Shown here: one piece after another, positions 29,401-37,670 of the stretch
How positions within the stretch are numbered: the stretch's first letter is position 1
How the letters are laid out: each line of letters opens with the position of its first letter
Source of the DNA: Stellaceae bacterium
Lineage (GTDB): Bacteria > Pseudomonadota > Alphaproteobacteria > ATCC43930 > CGMCC-115725
DNA length: 64,000 nt
Direction of reading: 5' to 3'
NCBI GenBank assembly: GCA_036278835.1
Contig: DASUKH010000133.1
Span: 3,273 to 67,272, forward strand
Position numbers and translations under genes: made by a program
The notes under the pieces: model-generated
The model's input: the letters and a program-made list of their open reading frames with translations, nothing else
Databases searched by the model: none
What the model was told of the DNA's origin: nothing

Positions 29401-29567
29401 AGGGTACGCGCCGTCGTGGCGATGCGCTTGCGGCCATCGGCCGGGATCGCCGCCAGTTCGAGCAGGCGCGAATCGGCCTCCGCCTCGTCGAGCCGGTGCC
29501 AGTCGCGGATCGCCGCCCGCAACGGCATTTCCGGGGCGGGCGGATCGGAGAAGACGAATGCCGTCAC
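26412..29567 (-). CDS. putA: bifunctional proline dehydrogenase / L-glutamate-gamma-semialdehyde dehydrogenase
   Basis: PRODH region (YRHSYDMLGEA, SVKLSALHPRYE) and ALDH region (FTGSTETA, ETGGQNAMIVDSSA). I prefer the GTG at 29567 (SD GGAAGGGAA 4-5 nt upstream); the ATG at 29528 is the alternative. The track ORF extends to 29795. Confidence 0.92.
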   Translation of the reverse strand: MTAFVFSDPPAPEMPLRAAIRDWHRLDEAEADSRLLELAAIPADGRKRIATTARTLVAKLRRERLGKGGLDAFLQEYALSSPEGVALMCLAEALLRIPDAETVDRLIRDKLGDGDWQHHIGRSGSLFVNASTWALMLTGRLLRADRGEADLGSALRSLIARSSEPVWRQAVTAAMRILADQFVLGRTIAEALGRARAAERQGYRHSYDMLGEAARTMADAERYRTAYADAIAAIGKAAAGRPVSDAPGISVKLSALHPRYEMAQHGRIMRELLPALAALARQARDAGIGFTIDAEEADRLELSLDLVEALALAPELAGWDGLGLAVQAYQKRALPLVDWLADLAGRARRRLMVRLVKGAYWDSEIKRAQERGVDAYPVFTRKVATDVSYLACAKRMLAAGPVLYPQFATHNAHTLAAVLELAGGRSDWEFQRLHGMGEALYDQVVGEGGLDRPCRIYAPVGSHEDLLAYLVRRLLENGANTSFVNRIVDERAPIDEIVADPIAALARLPEKPHPKIPLPRDLFQPVRRNSRGLDLAQPRTLAALRGGLAEAVRRPWRAAPIVGGVEQAGDGAAVFDPGDRRRQIGTVAEARPQDITEALRRADAAAPAWNRTPAEARAAILETAADLFEQERAELMAVIVREGGRTLPAALSEVREACDFLRYYAARARADFARPEVLPGPTGERNQLALDGRGVFACISPWNFPLAIFTGQVAAALAAGNAAIAKPAEQTPLMAAAAVRLLLKAGIPGDVLHLLPGGGAVGAALVADPRIAGVAFTGSTETARAINLSLAQRIGPIVPLIAETGGQNAMIVDSSALPEQVVADVLISAFDSAGQRCSALRLLYIQSDIAERLLTMLTGAMAELRIGDPALLETDVGPVIDEEARRALQLHADRMAREGALQYECKLPAGTGHGTFFAPRAFEIDSARRLEREVFGPILHVVRWPADRLDAVIDEIAATGYGLTLGIQSRIDDMTRHVLGRLGVGNAYVNRNMIGAVVGAQPFGGERLSGTGPKAGGPRYLPRFATERTVSADLTAAGGNATLLSLADAED

Positions 29568-29603
29568 GGGTTCCCTTCCGGCGCGTGCACAGAGGACGGC
29601 CGG

Positions 29604-29632
29604 TCTATAATGTAGGTTCGCCGCGTCGCAAT
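29604..29632 (-). promoter_or_regulatory. sigma70-like promoter for putA: TTGCGA-N17-TATAGA
   Basis: On the minus strand, -35 at 29632-29627 and -10 at 29609-29604, about 35 nt upstream of the GTG at 29567. Sequence resemblance only. Confidence 0.35.
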
Positions 29633-30140
29633 CGCAGATCAGCGGAAATCCCGGCTCTGGATGACGAGGGCGCGCCGCGTCGGTTTTTCGCCGCCGGTGC
29701 GCTCGCGCAGGCTGTTGAGGCGCGCCGTCCAGTCCTTCAGGTCGTCGGCTACGATGTGGATGACGCTCTCCTCGCGCTGCAGCCGGCCGCGGCAATAAAG
29801 AAGGGTGGCGCCGAGCGCGGCGCGGCGGAAGCGTTCCAGCACATCGGGCCAGACGATCAGGTTGGCGATGCCGGTCTCGTCTTCGAGGGTGATGAACACA
29901 ACGCCGTTGGCGCTGCCCGGGCGCTGGCGGATCAGCACGAGGCCGGCGATCGCCACCCGCTTCCCGACCGGCAGGGTGGCTAGGTCGCGAGCGGCGGCCA
30001 GTCCCTCCCGCGCCAGTTCGGCGCGCAGAAAGGCCAGCGGGTGCCGCTTCAGGGTCAGCCCGAGCGTGCCGTAATCCTCGACCACATGCTCGCCCAACGG
30101 CATCTCCGGCAGCAGCGCCGCGGCAATGGCTTCGCTCTCT

Positions 30141-30262
30141 TCCTTGCCACCCCGGCCTTCTTTGTCACCCCGGTCTTCTTTGTCACCCCGGCGAAGGCCG
30201 GGGTCCATGCCCGAACCAATCGGGGAACGGATCGGTGGGTCCCGGCCTTCGCCGGGATGACG
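30141..30262. repeat. palindromic element (arms about 30182-30207 / 30238-30262) preceded by an 18-bp tandem triplication of its left end (30141-30194)
   Basis: Units TCCTTGCCACCCCGGCCT / TCTTTGTCACCCCGGTCT / TCTTTGTCACCCCGGCGA. Arms GTCACCCCGGCGAAGGCCGGGGTCCA and GGGTCCCGGCCTTCGCCGGGATGAC. Lies inside the dnaE2 ORF and is read in frame ([25 protein letters not shown]). Confidence 0.85.
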
Positions 30263-30523
30263 AATTGCTGAATTTGAGAACAATGGCAGCGGCGCCTCGC
30301 CGAGCGCCTTCGCCTCCCACAGGCCGCGACGGCGGTCGAGGCCCAGCGAGCGCAGCGCGTCGGCCGCGGCAAGGCGTTCCAGGGCGGCGCGGCCGAGGCC
30401 GCTCCTTCGCCACAGATCGCCGACATCGCGGTAGCCGCCGCCGCGCGCCGCCACCAGCCGCCCGGCATCCGCCTCGGCCAGTCCCTTGACCTGACGCAGG
30501 CCGAGGCGCAGCGCCATTCCTTT

Positions 30524-30651
30524 GTCATCCCGGCGAAAGCCGGGATCCATGGCTGTGCCAGGCTCCGCCCTCGAGTGCCGCGGCTGCACCGGGGGGCAAT
30601 CGGCAACGAGGTGCCAGCTGAAAGATGGCTCCCGGCCTTCGCCGGGATGAC
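30524..30651. repeat. 128-bp palindromic element of the CCCGGCGAAAGCC family inside dnaE2
   Basis: Arms GTCATCCCGGCGAAAGCCGGGATCCA (30524-49) and TGGCTCCCGGCCTTCGCCGGGATGAC (30626-51). Read in frame as [44 protein letters not shown]. Confidence 0.85.
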
Positions 30652-32222
30652 GATCATCTAGAGGCGTCAACGGCTCCAGCGTGCAGTCCCAGTCGCTGAA
30701 ATTGACATCGACGGGAAGCACCACGACGCCATGCTCGCGCGCGTCGCGCACGATCTGGGCCGGTGCGTAGAACCCCATCGGCTGTGCATTGAGCAGGGCG
30801 CAGGCGAAAACGTCGGGGTGGAAGCGCTTGATCCAGGCCGAGACATAGACGAGGAGCGCAAAGCTCGCGGCATGGCTTTCCGGGAAGCCGTAGGTACCGA
30901 ACCCCTCAATCTGGTCGAAGCAGCGGGTGGCGAAGTCGCGCGTGTAGCCGTTCTTCAGCATGCCGGCGACGAACTTGTCCCGAAAGAGGTGGATGTCGCC
31001 GTTGCGCTTGAAGGTGGCCATCGCGCGCCGCAATCGGTCGGCCTCCTCAGGGGCGAACCCGGCGCCGACGATCGCGATCTTCATCGCCTGCTCCTGGAAG
31101 AGCGGCACCCCCAATGTCTTGCCGAGCACCCGGCGCAATTCCTCGGAAGGGTACGCGACCGGCTCCTTTCCCGAGCGGCGGCGCAGATACGGGTGCACCA
31201 TGTCGCCCTGGATCGGCCCCGGCCGCACGATCGCGACCTCGATGACGAGGTCGTAGAATTCGCGCGGGCGTAGGCGCGGCAGCATCGTCATCTGGGCGCG
31301 GCTCTCGACCTGGAAGACGCCCAAGGAATCGGCCCGGCTCAGCATCTCGTACACTTCGGGCCGCTCGGCCGGCACCGAGTCCAGGTCGTAATGATGTCCG
31401 TAGTGCTGCGCGATCAGGGAAAAGGCCTTGCGGATGCAGGTCAGCATGCCGAGCGCCAGGATGTCGATCTTGAGAATCCCGAGCGCGTCGAGGTCGTCCT
31501 TGTCCCATTCGATGACGGTGCGGTCTTCCATCGCCGCGTTCTCGATCGGCACCAGCTCGCTGAGCGGGCCGCGGGTGATGACAAAGCCGCCGACATGCTG
31601 CGACAGGTGGCGCGGAAAGCCGATCAGCCGGGCGGCGAGGTCGAGCGCGAGGCGCAGGGTGCGGTCGGCGGGGTCGAGCCCCGCTTCGCGCACCCGATCC
31701 TCAGCGATCGCCTCGTTCGACCAGCCCCAGACGATGCCGGCGAGCGCCGCGACGGTATCGACCGACAGCCCCATGACCTTGCCAACCTCGCGGATCGCGC
31801 CGCGCGCGCGGTAGCAGATCACCGTGGCGGCGAGGCCGGCGCGGTCGCGGCCGTATTTGCCGTAGATGTACTGGATCACCTCCTCGCGCCGCTCGTGCTC
31901 GAAATCGACGTCGATGTCAGGCGGCTCGTTGCGGGCGGCGCTGATGAAGCGCTCGAACAGCACGTCGATGCGGGTCGGATCGACCGCGGTGATGCCGAGG
32001 CAGTAGCACACCGCCGAATTGGCCGCCGAGCCGCGCCCCTGGCACAGGATGCCGCGGCTCCGGGCGAACGCGACGATGTCGTGCACGGTCAGGAAATAGC
32101 GGGCGTAATCGAGCCGCTCGATCAGCGCCAGCTCATGCTCGAGGAGGGCGCAGATCCTGTCGGGGACGGCATCCTTCTCCTCAAAAGAAGAACCCTCTTT
32201 CCCTTCCGGTTCCTTAAAAAAA

Positions 32223-32247
32223 CCCTCTCCCCCACTGGGGGAGAGGG
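32223..32247. repeat. short palindrome CCCTCTCCCCC-ACT-GGGGGAGAGGG inside dnaE2
   Basis: Read directly; in frame gives [10 protein letters not shown]. Same family as 33787-33815, 38116-38198 and 54739-54765. Confidence 0.8.
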
Positions 32248-33555
32248 AGTTTTCCTTTTGGGGGGTGGAGGCCAACTTCTCCCTTGCCCCGTTCCAAACC
32301 AGCCGGGCGAGGCGCTGCTGCGGCGTCATGCCGTCCGGCACCAGCTCTTCGGGATATTCGTAGCGCAGCTCGTCGAGGCTGAACCGGCAGCGTTCGACGA
32401 TTTCGAGCGTGCGGGCGAGCGCGTCCTCGTGGCCGCGGAACAGCCGCGCCATCTCGGCGGCCGCCTTCAGGTGGCGCTCGGCATTGGCGGCGAGACGGAA
32501 CCCGGCCTCGGCGATCGTGCAATGCTCGCGGATGCAGGTCACGACATCCTGCAGCGGGCGCCGCTCGGGGCTGTGGTAGAGCACGTCGTTGACTGCGACG
32601 AGCGGCAGCCCGCTCTCTTCCGCCAGGGCGGCGAGCGCGGCCAGCCGCATTGCGTCGTCGCCGCGATAGAGATGATGCGCGGCGAGATAGGCCCGGCCGG
32701 GAAATCGGCGGCGAGGCGCGGCACCAATTCCGTGGACAACGCGATGACGATCAGCCCCTCGCCCTGCGCCGCGACATCGGCGTAAGCGAGGCGGCATTCG
32801 CCTTTCGGGGCGCGGCGGCGGCCCAAGGTCAGGAGGCGGGTCAGCCTGCCGTAAGCGGCGCGGTGCTGCGGATAGAGGAGCAGGCTGGTGCCGTCTTCGA
32901 GATCGAGCCGCGCCCCGACGACGAGGCGGATGCCGACGGTTTTGGCGGCATGATGCGCGCGCACGACGCCGGCGAGGCTGTTGCGGTCGGCGATCGCGAT
33001 CGCCCGGTGGCCGAGCGCCGCCGCGGCCAGCACCAATTCGTCGGGATGCGAGGCGCCGCGCAGGAACGAGAAATTGCTGGTGACCTGCAACTCGGCATAG
33101 CCGGGTTCGGTTTCCGGACGGTATGCCCCGCCATCGTCGTCGAATACCGGCGTCCGCGCCTTTCCGGGCGGACCGGCGCTGCCCGAGCCGATCGTGCGGG
33201 ACAGCCTGTCGAAGGCCTTTGGCGGAAGGTCGGGCATCAGGCAAAGAGGCCGTGCAGGAACCAGCGCGGTGGCGGCTCCCCGGGCAGGCCGGCGCGGAAC
33301 AGCCAGAACCGCCGGCCCTCGTCGTCCTCGACCCGGTAATAGTCGCGGATCGCGTCGGGAGAGGCCACGCGGTCTTCGGTCCACCACTCCTCGGCGAGGC
33401 GCTCGGGACCATCGGCCCGGCAGACCCGATGAGAACGGCGGCGCCAGGTAAAACGAAAGGGCGGATCGTCGGGCAGCAGCCACGCCGCCGCGATCGGCTC
33501 GGGCGGGTCGAACAGCCGAATGGGCCGCGGCGGTTTGCGCGGCAACTCTTCTACT

Positions 33556-33650
33556 GTCATTCCGGGGTGCCGCGCAGCGGCGAACCCGGAACCCATTTTC
33601 CAGAGGCCGGTGTTCATGGGTTCCGGGCTCGCGCCGCGCCCCGGAATGAC
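33556..33650. repeat. 95-bp compound palindromic element (outer GTCATTCCGGGG.../...CCCCGGAATGAC, inner GAACCCGGAACCCA/TGGGTTCCGGGCTC) inside imuB
   Basis: Read directly. Read through in the C-terminal imuB frame as [32 protein letters not shown]. Termini match 21764-21803. Confidence 0.85.
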
Positions 33651-33786
33651 GTCGATCGGGGCATATACCGCGGCGCGCTCGGGGATATGGCTTTGCCGCA
33701 ACTCGATGCGCGACAGCGCCATCGACCCGAGCCGCGTGCCGAGGCGGTCGATGAGCGGCGCAAGGGCGCTCCAGTCATCGCCGTTA

Positions 33787-33815
33787 CCCCCTCTCCCCCC
33801 ATTGGGGGGAGAGGG
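33787..33815. repeat. palindrome CCCCTCTCCCCCC-ATT-GGGGGGAGAGGG inside imuB, at the frame break
   Basis: Read directly; contains C6/G6 homopolymer runs. Confidence 0.8.
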
Positions 33816-34823
33816 TTATCGCAGAACGGGCGAAGATGCCCGATGCCTATCTGCTCCGGCTCGAGCGGTTCGGCGGCGTAGAGCGCGAGAATCATGTCCT
33901 CGACCCCGAGCCCCGGATCAACCGTCTCGAGCCGCGCCGCGAACAGCCCGGCGAGGTGGCGCGGGTCGCGGGTCGGCCGGGCGGTGCCGAGGCGGATCTG
34001 CTCGACCCGGCCGTCAACCCGGTGAAAGGCGAGGCCGAGCCGGCGCGCCCCCAGCCCCTCGCGCTCGAGTCGCGCCGCCAGATCGGCGGCCAGACGCTCG
34101 ATGGCGCGGGCGAGGTCGGCCGGGTCGGCAATCGGCTCGGCAAAGCTGAGCCGCACCCGCCGTTCCGGGGTTTCACACAATGGCGACAGCGGCTCCGGCA
34201 CGGCGGCGAGCGCCTGGTCGAGGCGACGCGCCACGCCGTCGCCGAAGCGGCGGGCGAGCGCATCACGCGGCATCGGGTAAAGATCGCCGACCCGCCTGAG
34301 CCCGACCCGGCGCAGCCCGGCGACGGTCGCCGGATCGAGCCTCAACGCCTCGACCGGCAGCGGCGCCAAGACCGACCGTTCCTCATCCGGCGCCGGCAGG
34401 GCCGGTCCGCCGCCGCCGGCGAAGCGCGCCAAGGCCCAGGCGGCGCCCAAGGTGCCGGCAACCGCGATGCGGTGCCCGATCCCCTGGCGGGCGAGGCGGG
34501 CCGCCAGATCGGCGGCGAGGCCGGGTTCGCCGCCCCACAGATGGGCGCAACCGGTGATCTCGACCCTGACCCCGTCGGCGCCGCCCCCTGAGTGAAAATC
34601 AGGCGCCGTCCACGGGCTGTAGCGGGTGCACCATTCGGCGAGCCGGGCGAGCGCGGCGGCATCGACCTCGGGCGCCGCCGGCATTGTCGCGAGGCGGGGC
34701 ACGAACGACAGGGCATCCGCCAGTTTCATGCCGGGGGCGAGCCCGGCCGCCGCGGCGTGGCCGTTGACCGTGGCGAGCAGGCGGCGCCCCTCGGACAGGG
34801 CCACCGTCGCGAACGGCGCCGCC

Positions 34824-35603
34824 TCAACCGGCGCGGCGCAATGGCGCGCTGCCGCCGCCGCCCGGCGCAGCCGGTCGATCGGCCAGTCCGGCAGAAACAG
34901 ATACATGACCCGTCGCATCGGCGACCTCTATTTCCCACACGTCCGGCCGGCCGCCGCGCACCCGCAGCAACTCGACCCGCCAGCGCGGCCGGCCGAGTCC
35001 GAGGCCGAGGCCCCATCCAAGTCGCAGGGGCGCCGAGGGCAGCGCGCCGATCCGCCAGCGGGTGACGGCGGCGCCGGGGCGCGCCCGCTCGGCCGATGCC
35101 TCGGCGGCCGAGCGCCAGCGGCGCAGCACCAGGAGGGTGATGCCGGAGCGCTCGGCGGCGAGCTGCAGCCGGCGCCCGGCCACCATCGAGAGCCGCCCGA
35201 TTTCGCCGACCGCCGCGGCGAGGCCCGGCATGCGCAGCCCCTCTTCGAGCGCCCACAGCACCTCCTCGTCGCGCGACGCGGCGACCAGCACGAGGCGGGC
35301 CGGGTCGAGCCCGTGCGCGGCGAGGCCCGGACCGTACAAATCCGGCCGCTTCTGGCACCACAGCACCGGCCCACCCCCCAGCCGCGCCAAAATCCCGGCG
35401 ATAAACCCGCAAGCAACGGCGCCGTCCTCCTCGTCGCCGCCAACCCCGAGGAATTCGTGCAGCGCCCCGAGCGCGAGGCCACGGCCGGGCAGCGCGGCGT
35501 CGATCGCGGCGACACCGAATGGCAGCACGCCGTGCCGGACCGGCCGCTCCAGCCGGGCGATCCGGTCGCGCAACGCGTCGAGGGTGGCGGCGCGGGAGGA
35601 CAT
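34824..35603 (-). CDS. imuA: ImuA (RecA/SulA-like cell-division-inhibitor-like protein of the imuA-imuB-dnaE2 cassette)
   Basis: LDALRDRIARLE, LPFGVAAIDAALPGRGLALGALHE, LWCQ..DLYGPGLAAHGLDPARLVLV, and its position upstream of imuB and dnaE2. ATG at 35603 confirmed. Confidence 0.8.
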   Translation of the reverse strand: MSSRAATLDALRDRIARLERPVRHGVLPFGVAAIDAALPGRGLALGALHEFLGVGGDEEDGAVACGFIAGILARLGGGPVLWCQKRPDLYGPGLAAHGLDPARLVLVAASRDEEVLWALEEGLRMPGLAAAVGEIGRLSMVAGRRLQLAAERSGITLLVLRRWRSAAEASAERARPGAAVTRWRIGALPSAPLRLGWGLGLGLGRPRWRVELLRVRGGRPDVWEIEVADATGHVSVSAGLADRPAAPGGGGSAPLRRAG

Positions 35604-35631
35604 GTCGTCGAAACACCGTCCAATCGATAAT

Positions 35632-35646
35632 GTTTCCTTTTTGTTC
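35632..35646. promoter_or_regulatory. candidate alphaproteobacterial LexA (SOS) box, GTTT-N7-GTTC, one mismatch to GTTC-N7-GTTC
   Basis: GTTTCCTTTTTGTTC lies 29-43 nt upstream of the imuA ATG, in the imuA/pyrE divergent region. Motif resemblance only. Confidence 0.35.
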
Positions 35647-35713
35647 TTTTTTCCCGGCCTGTCAATCCCGTCCGAATCGGTGATTGCCGCCGGCTTTTGC
35701 GGTAGGATGCCGC

Positions 35714-36412
35714 ATGCAGAACGATCCGCACCCCGCCCGCTCCGCGAGCGAGACCGATGCGGCGGAGACCACCGCCCGCATCCTCATCGAAACCGACTCG
35801 GTGCTGTTCCGGCCCGAGGACCCCTTCACCTTCACCTCGGGCCTGCGCTCGCCGGTCTATATCGATTGCCGACGGCTGATCTCGTTCCCGCGGGCGCGAC
35901 GCAAGCTGATGGACCTCGCCGCGGCGCTGATCGAGCGGCACACCGGGTTCGAGTCGCTCGACGCGATCGCCGGCGGCGAGACCGCCGGCATCCCTTTCGC
36001 CGCCTGGATCGCCGACCGGCTGCTGTTGCCGATGCTCTATGTCAGGAAGCAGCCGAAGGGGTTCGGGCGCAACGCCCAGATCGAGGGCGAATTGAAGGAC
36101 GGCGCGCGCGTCCTCCTCGTCGAGGACCTCGCCAGCGAGGGCACCTCGAAGCTCAATTTCGTCCGCGCGATCCGCCAGGCCGGCGGCCATATCGACCATT
36201 CCTTCGTAATCTTCAATTACGGCATCTTCCCGCAGATCGAGACGAGCCTCGCCGCCGAGGGAATCGCCTTGCTGGCGTTGGCGAACTGGTGGGACGTCGC
36301 GCAGACTGCCGAGCGGCTCGGCCGCTTCGCGCCCGGCCAGTACGATGCGATCGAGAGTTTCCTAAAAGACCCCAACGCCTGGTCGCGGGAGCGCAGCGGC
36401 GGGCGGCGGTAG
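35714..36412 (+). CDS. pyrE: orotate phosphoribosyltransferase
   Basis: FTFTSGLRSPVYIDCRR, AIAGGETAGIPFAAWIA, VLLVEDLASEGTSK (PRPP-binding loop). Start at the ATG at 35714, or at 35684. Confidence 0.9.
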   Translation: MQNDPHPARSASETDAAETTARILIETDSVLFRPEDPFTFTSGLRSPVYIDCRRLISFPRARRKLMDLAAALIERHTGFESLDAIAGGETAGIPFAAWIADRLLLPMLYVRKQPKGFGRNAQIEGELKDGARVLLVEDLASEGTSKLNFVRAIRQAGGHIDHSFVIFNYGIFPQIETSLAAEGIALLALANWWDVAQTAERLGRFAPGQYDAIESFLKDPNAWSRERSGGRR

Positions 36413-36419
36413 CGCCGAC

Positions 36420-37670
36420 CTATTTCCCGTTGTTTTCGCCGGACTCGCCGGCCGATAACAGCCGGGTCGGGTAGCCGGCGGCGACGAGGGCGTCGATGAT
36501 CGTATCGACGTGGCGCCGGTTCTGCGTCTCGACCACCAGGTCGAGTTCGGCCCGGCGCGCCGCGCTGTCGTGAAACAGCCGCTGATGGTGCACCTCGACG
36601 ATGTTGCCGCCGAGGCCGCCGATCACCCCGGCGACCCGCGACAACACTCCCGGCAGGTCCGGCAGTTCGGAGCGCAGCCGCACCAGCCTGCCGCCGCGCA
36701 CCAGCCCGCGCATCAACAGCGAGGCGAGGAGCCGCGCGTCGATGTTGCCGCCGGTCAGCACGATCCCGACCTTCCGGCCGCGAAACCGCTCCGGCTCGGC
36801 GAGCAGCGCCGCCACCCCGGCGGCGCCGGCGCCCTCGACGACGAGCTTCTGGCGCTCGATCAAGAGCTCGACCGCGGACTCCAACTGACGTTCGCTGACG
36901 AGATGCACCAGCCCGACCAGCTCGGCGACGATGCGGCGGGTCAGGAGGCCCGGCTCCTTGACGGCAATGCCCTCGGCCAGGGTCGTCCCCTCGGTCGGCA
37001 GGTCGGGGTCGATACCGCGCAATACCCGGTACATCGACGGGTAGAGCGCCGCCTCGACGCCGACGATGTCGATGTCGGGCGACAAGGACTTGGCCGCTAC
37101 CGCGATCCCGGAAATCAACCCGCCGCCGCCGACCGGCACGATCAGCGCATCGAGCGCCGGCTGCTGCTCGTAGAGTTCGAGCGCGATCGTCCCCTGCCCG
37201 GCGATGACCTCCGGGTCGTCATAGGGGTGCACGATGGTAAATCCGCGCTCGCGGGCCAGCGCTTCGGACGCCTCACGGGCGTCGGTCAGCCCCTCGCCCT
37301 TCAGCAAGACCCTGGCGCCGAGCGCTTCGGTGCGGTCGATCTTGGTGAACGGGGTGCCGCCCGGCATCACGATCGTCGCGGGGATGCCGAGGCGGCGGGC
37401 GTGGTAGGCGACGCCCTGGGCGTGGTTGCCGGCCGACATCGCGATGACCCCGGCGCGGCGCTCCGCTTCGGTCAGGCTCAACAGCTTGTTGAGCGCGCCG
37501 CGCTCTTTGAACGAGCCGGTCGGGTGCACCGTCTCGAGCTTTAGCCACACCTCGCACCCGGCCATCTCGGACAGCGCCGCCGCGCGCACCAGCGGCGAGC
37601 GGGAGATCGACCCGGCGATCGCCTTTTCGGCGCGGCGGATATCGGCGATCGTCACGGGCAGGTCGGTCAT
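36420..37670 (-). CDS. ilvA: threonine ammonia-lyase (threonine dehydratase) with C-terminal ACT-like regulatory domain
   Basis: HPTGSFKERGA PLP-lysine motif, SAGNHAQGVA, GGGGLISG. The start ATGA overlaps the acylase stop. Confidence 0.9.
   Translation of the reverse strand: MTDLPVTIADIRRAEKAIAGSISRSPLVRAAALSEMAGCEVWLKLETVHPTGSFKERGALNKLLSLTEAERRAGVIAMSAGNHAQGVAYHARRLGIPATIVMPGGTPFTKIDRTEALGARVLLKGEGLTDAREASEALARERGFTIVHPYDDPEVIAGQGTIALELYEQQPALDALIVPVGGGGLISGIAVAAKSLSPDIDIVGVEAALYPSMYRVLRGIDPDLPTEGTTLAEGIAVKEPGLLTRRIVAELVGLVHLVSERQLESAVELLIERQKLVVEGAGAAGVAALLAEPERFRGRKVGIVLTGGNIDARLLASLLMRGLVRGGRLVRLRSELPDLPGVLSRVAGVIGGLGGNIVEVHHQRLFHDSAARRAELDLVVETQNRRHVDTIIDALVAAGYPTRLLSAGESGENNGK

Larger units (their letters stand above)
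29639..33237 (-). pseudogene. dnaE2: error-prone DNA polymerase III alpha (DnaE2), reading frame broken once near 32690-32701
   Basis: The PHP N-terminus ([23 protein letters not shown]...[20 protein letters not shown]) is in the frame of ORF 32539..33483. The rest ([15 protein letters not shown]...[17 protein letters not shown]... to the stop at 29639) is in the frame of ORF 29639..33412. The junction is GATTTCCCGGCCGGGCCTAT. The ATG at 33237 overlaps the imuB stop (TGATG). Confidence 0.8.
33237..34918 (-). pseudogene. imuB: ImuB (Y-family polymerase-like), frame broken within or next to a repeat at about 33787-33815
   Basis: The N-terminal 380 aa (MRRVMYLFLPDWPIDRL..., ORF 33614..34918) and the C-terminal part ([36 protein letters not shown]...[33 protein letters not shown] frame 33237..33722) are in different frames. 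The C-terminal frame opens at a TAA inside the repeat. Confidence 0.75.

Noticed and set aside
32702-33412. N-terminal 240 aa of the 1257-aa dnaE2 ORF, taken as a genuine protein start.
   Set aside because: This part is Arg-rich nonsense. The real PHP-domain N-terminus is in another frame (32539..33483), so the locus is called a frameshifted gene rather than a 1257-aa protein.
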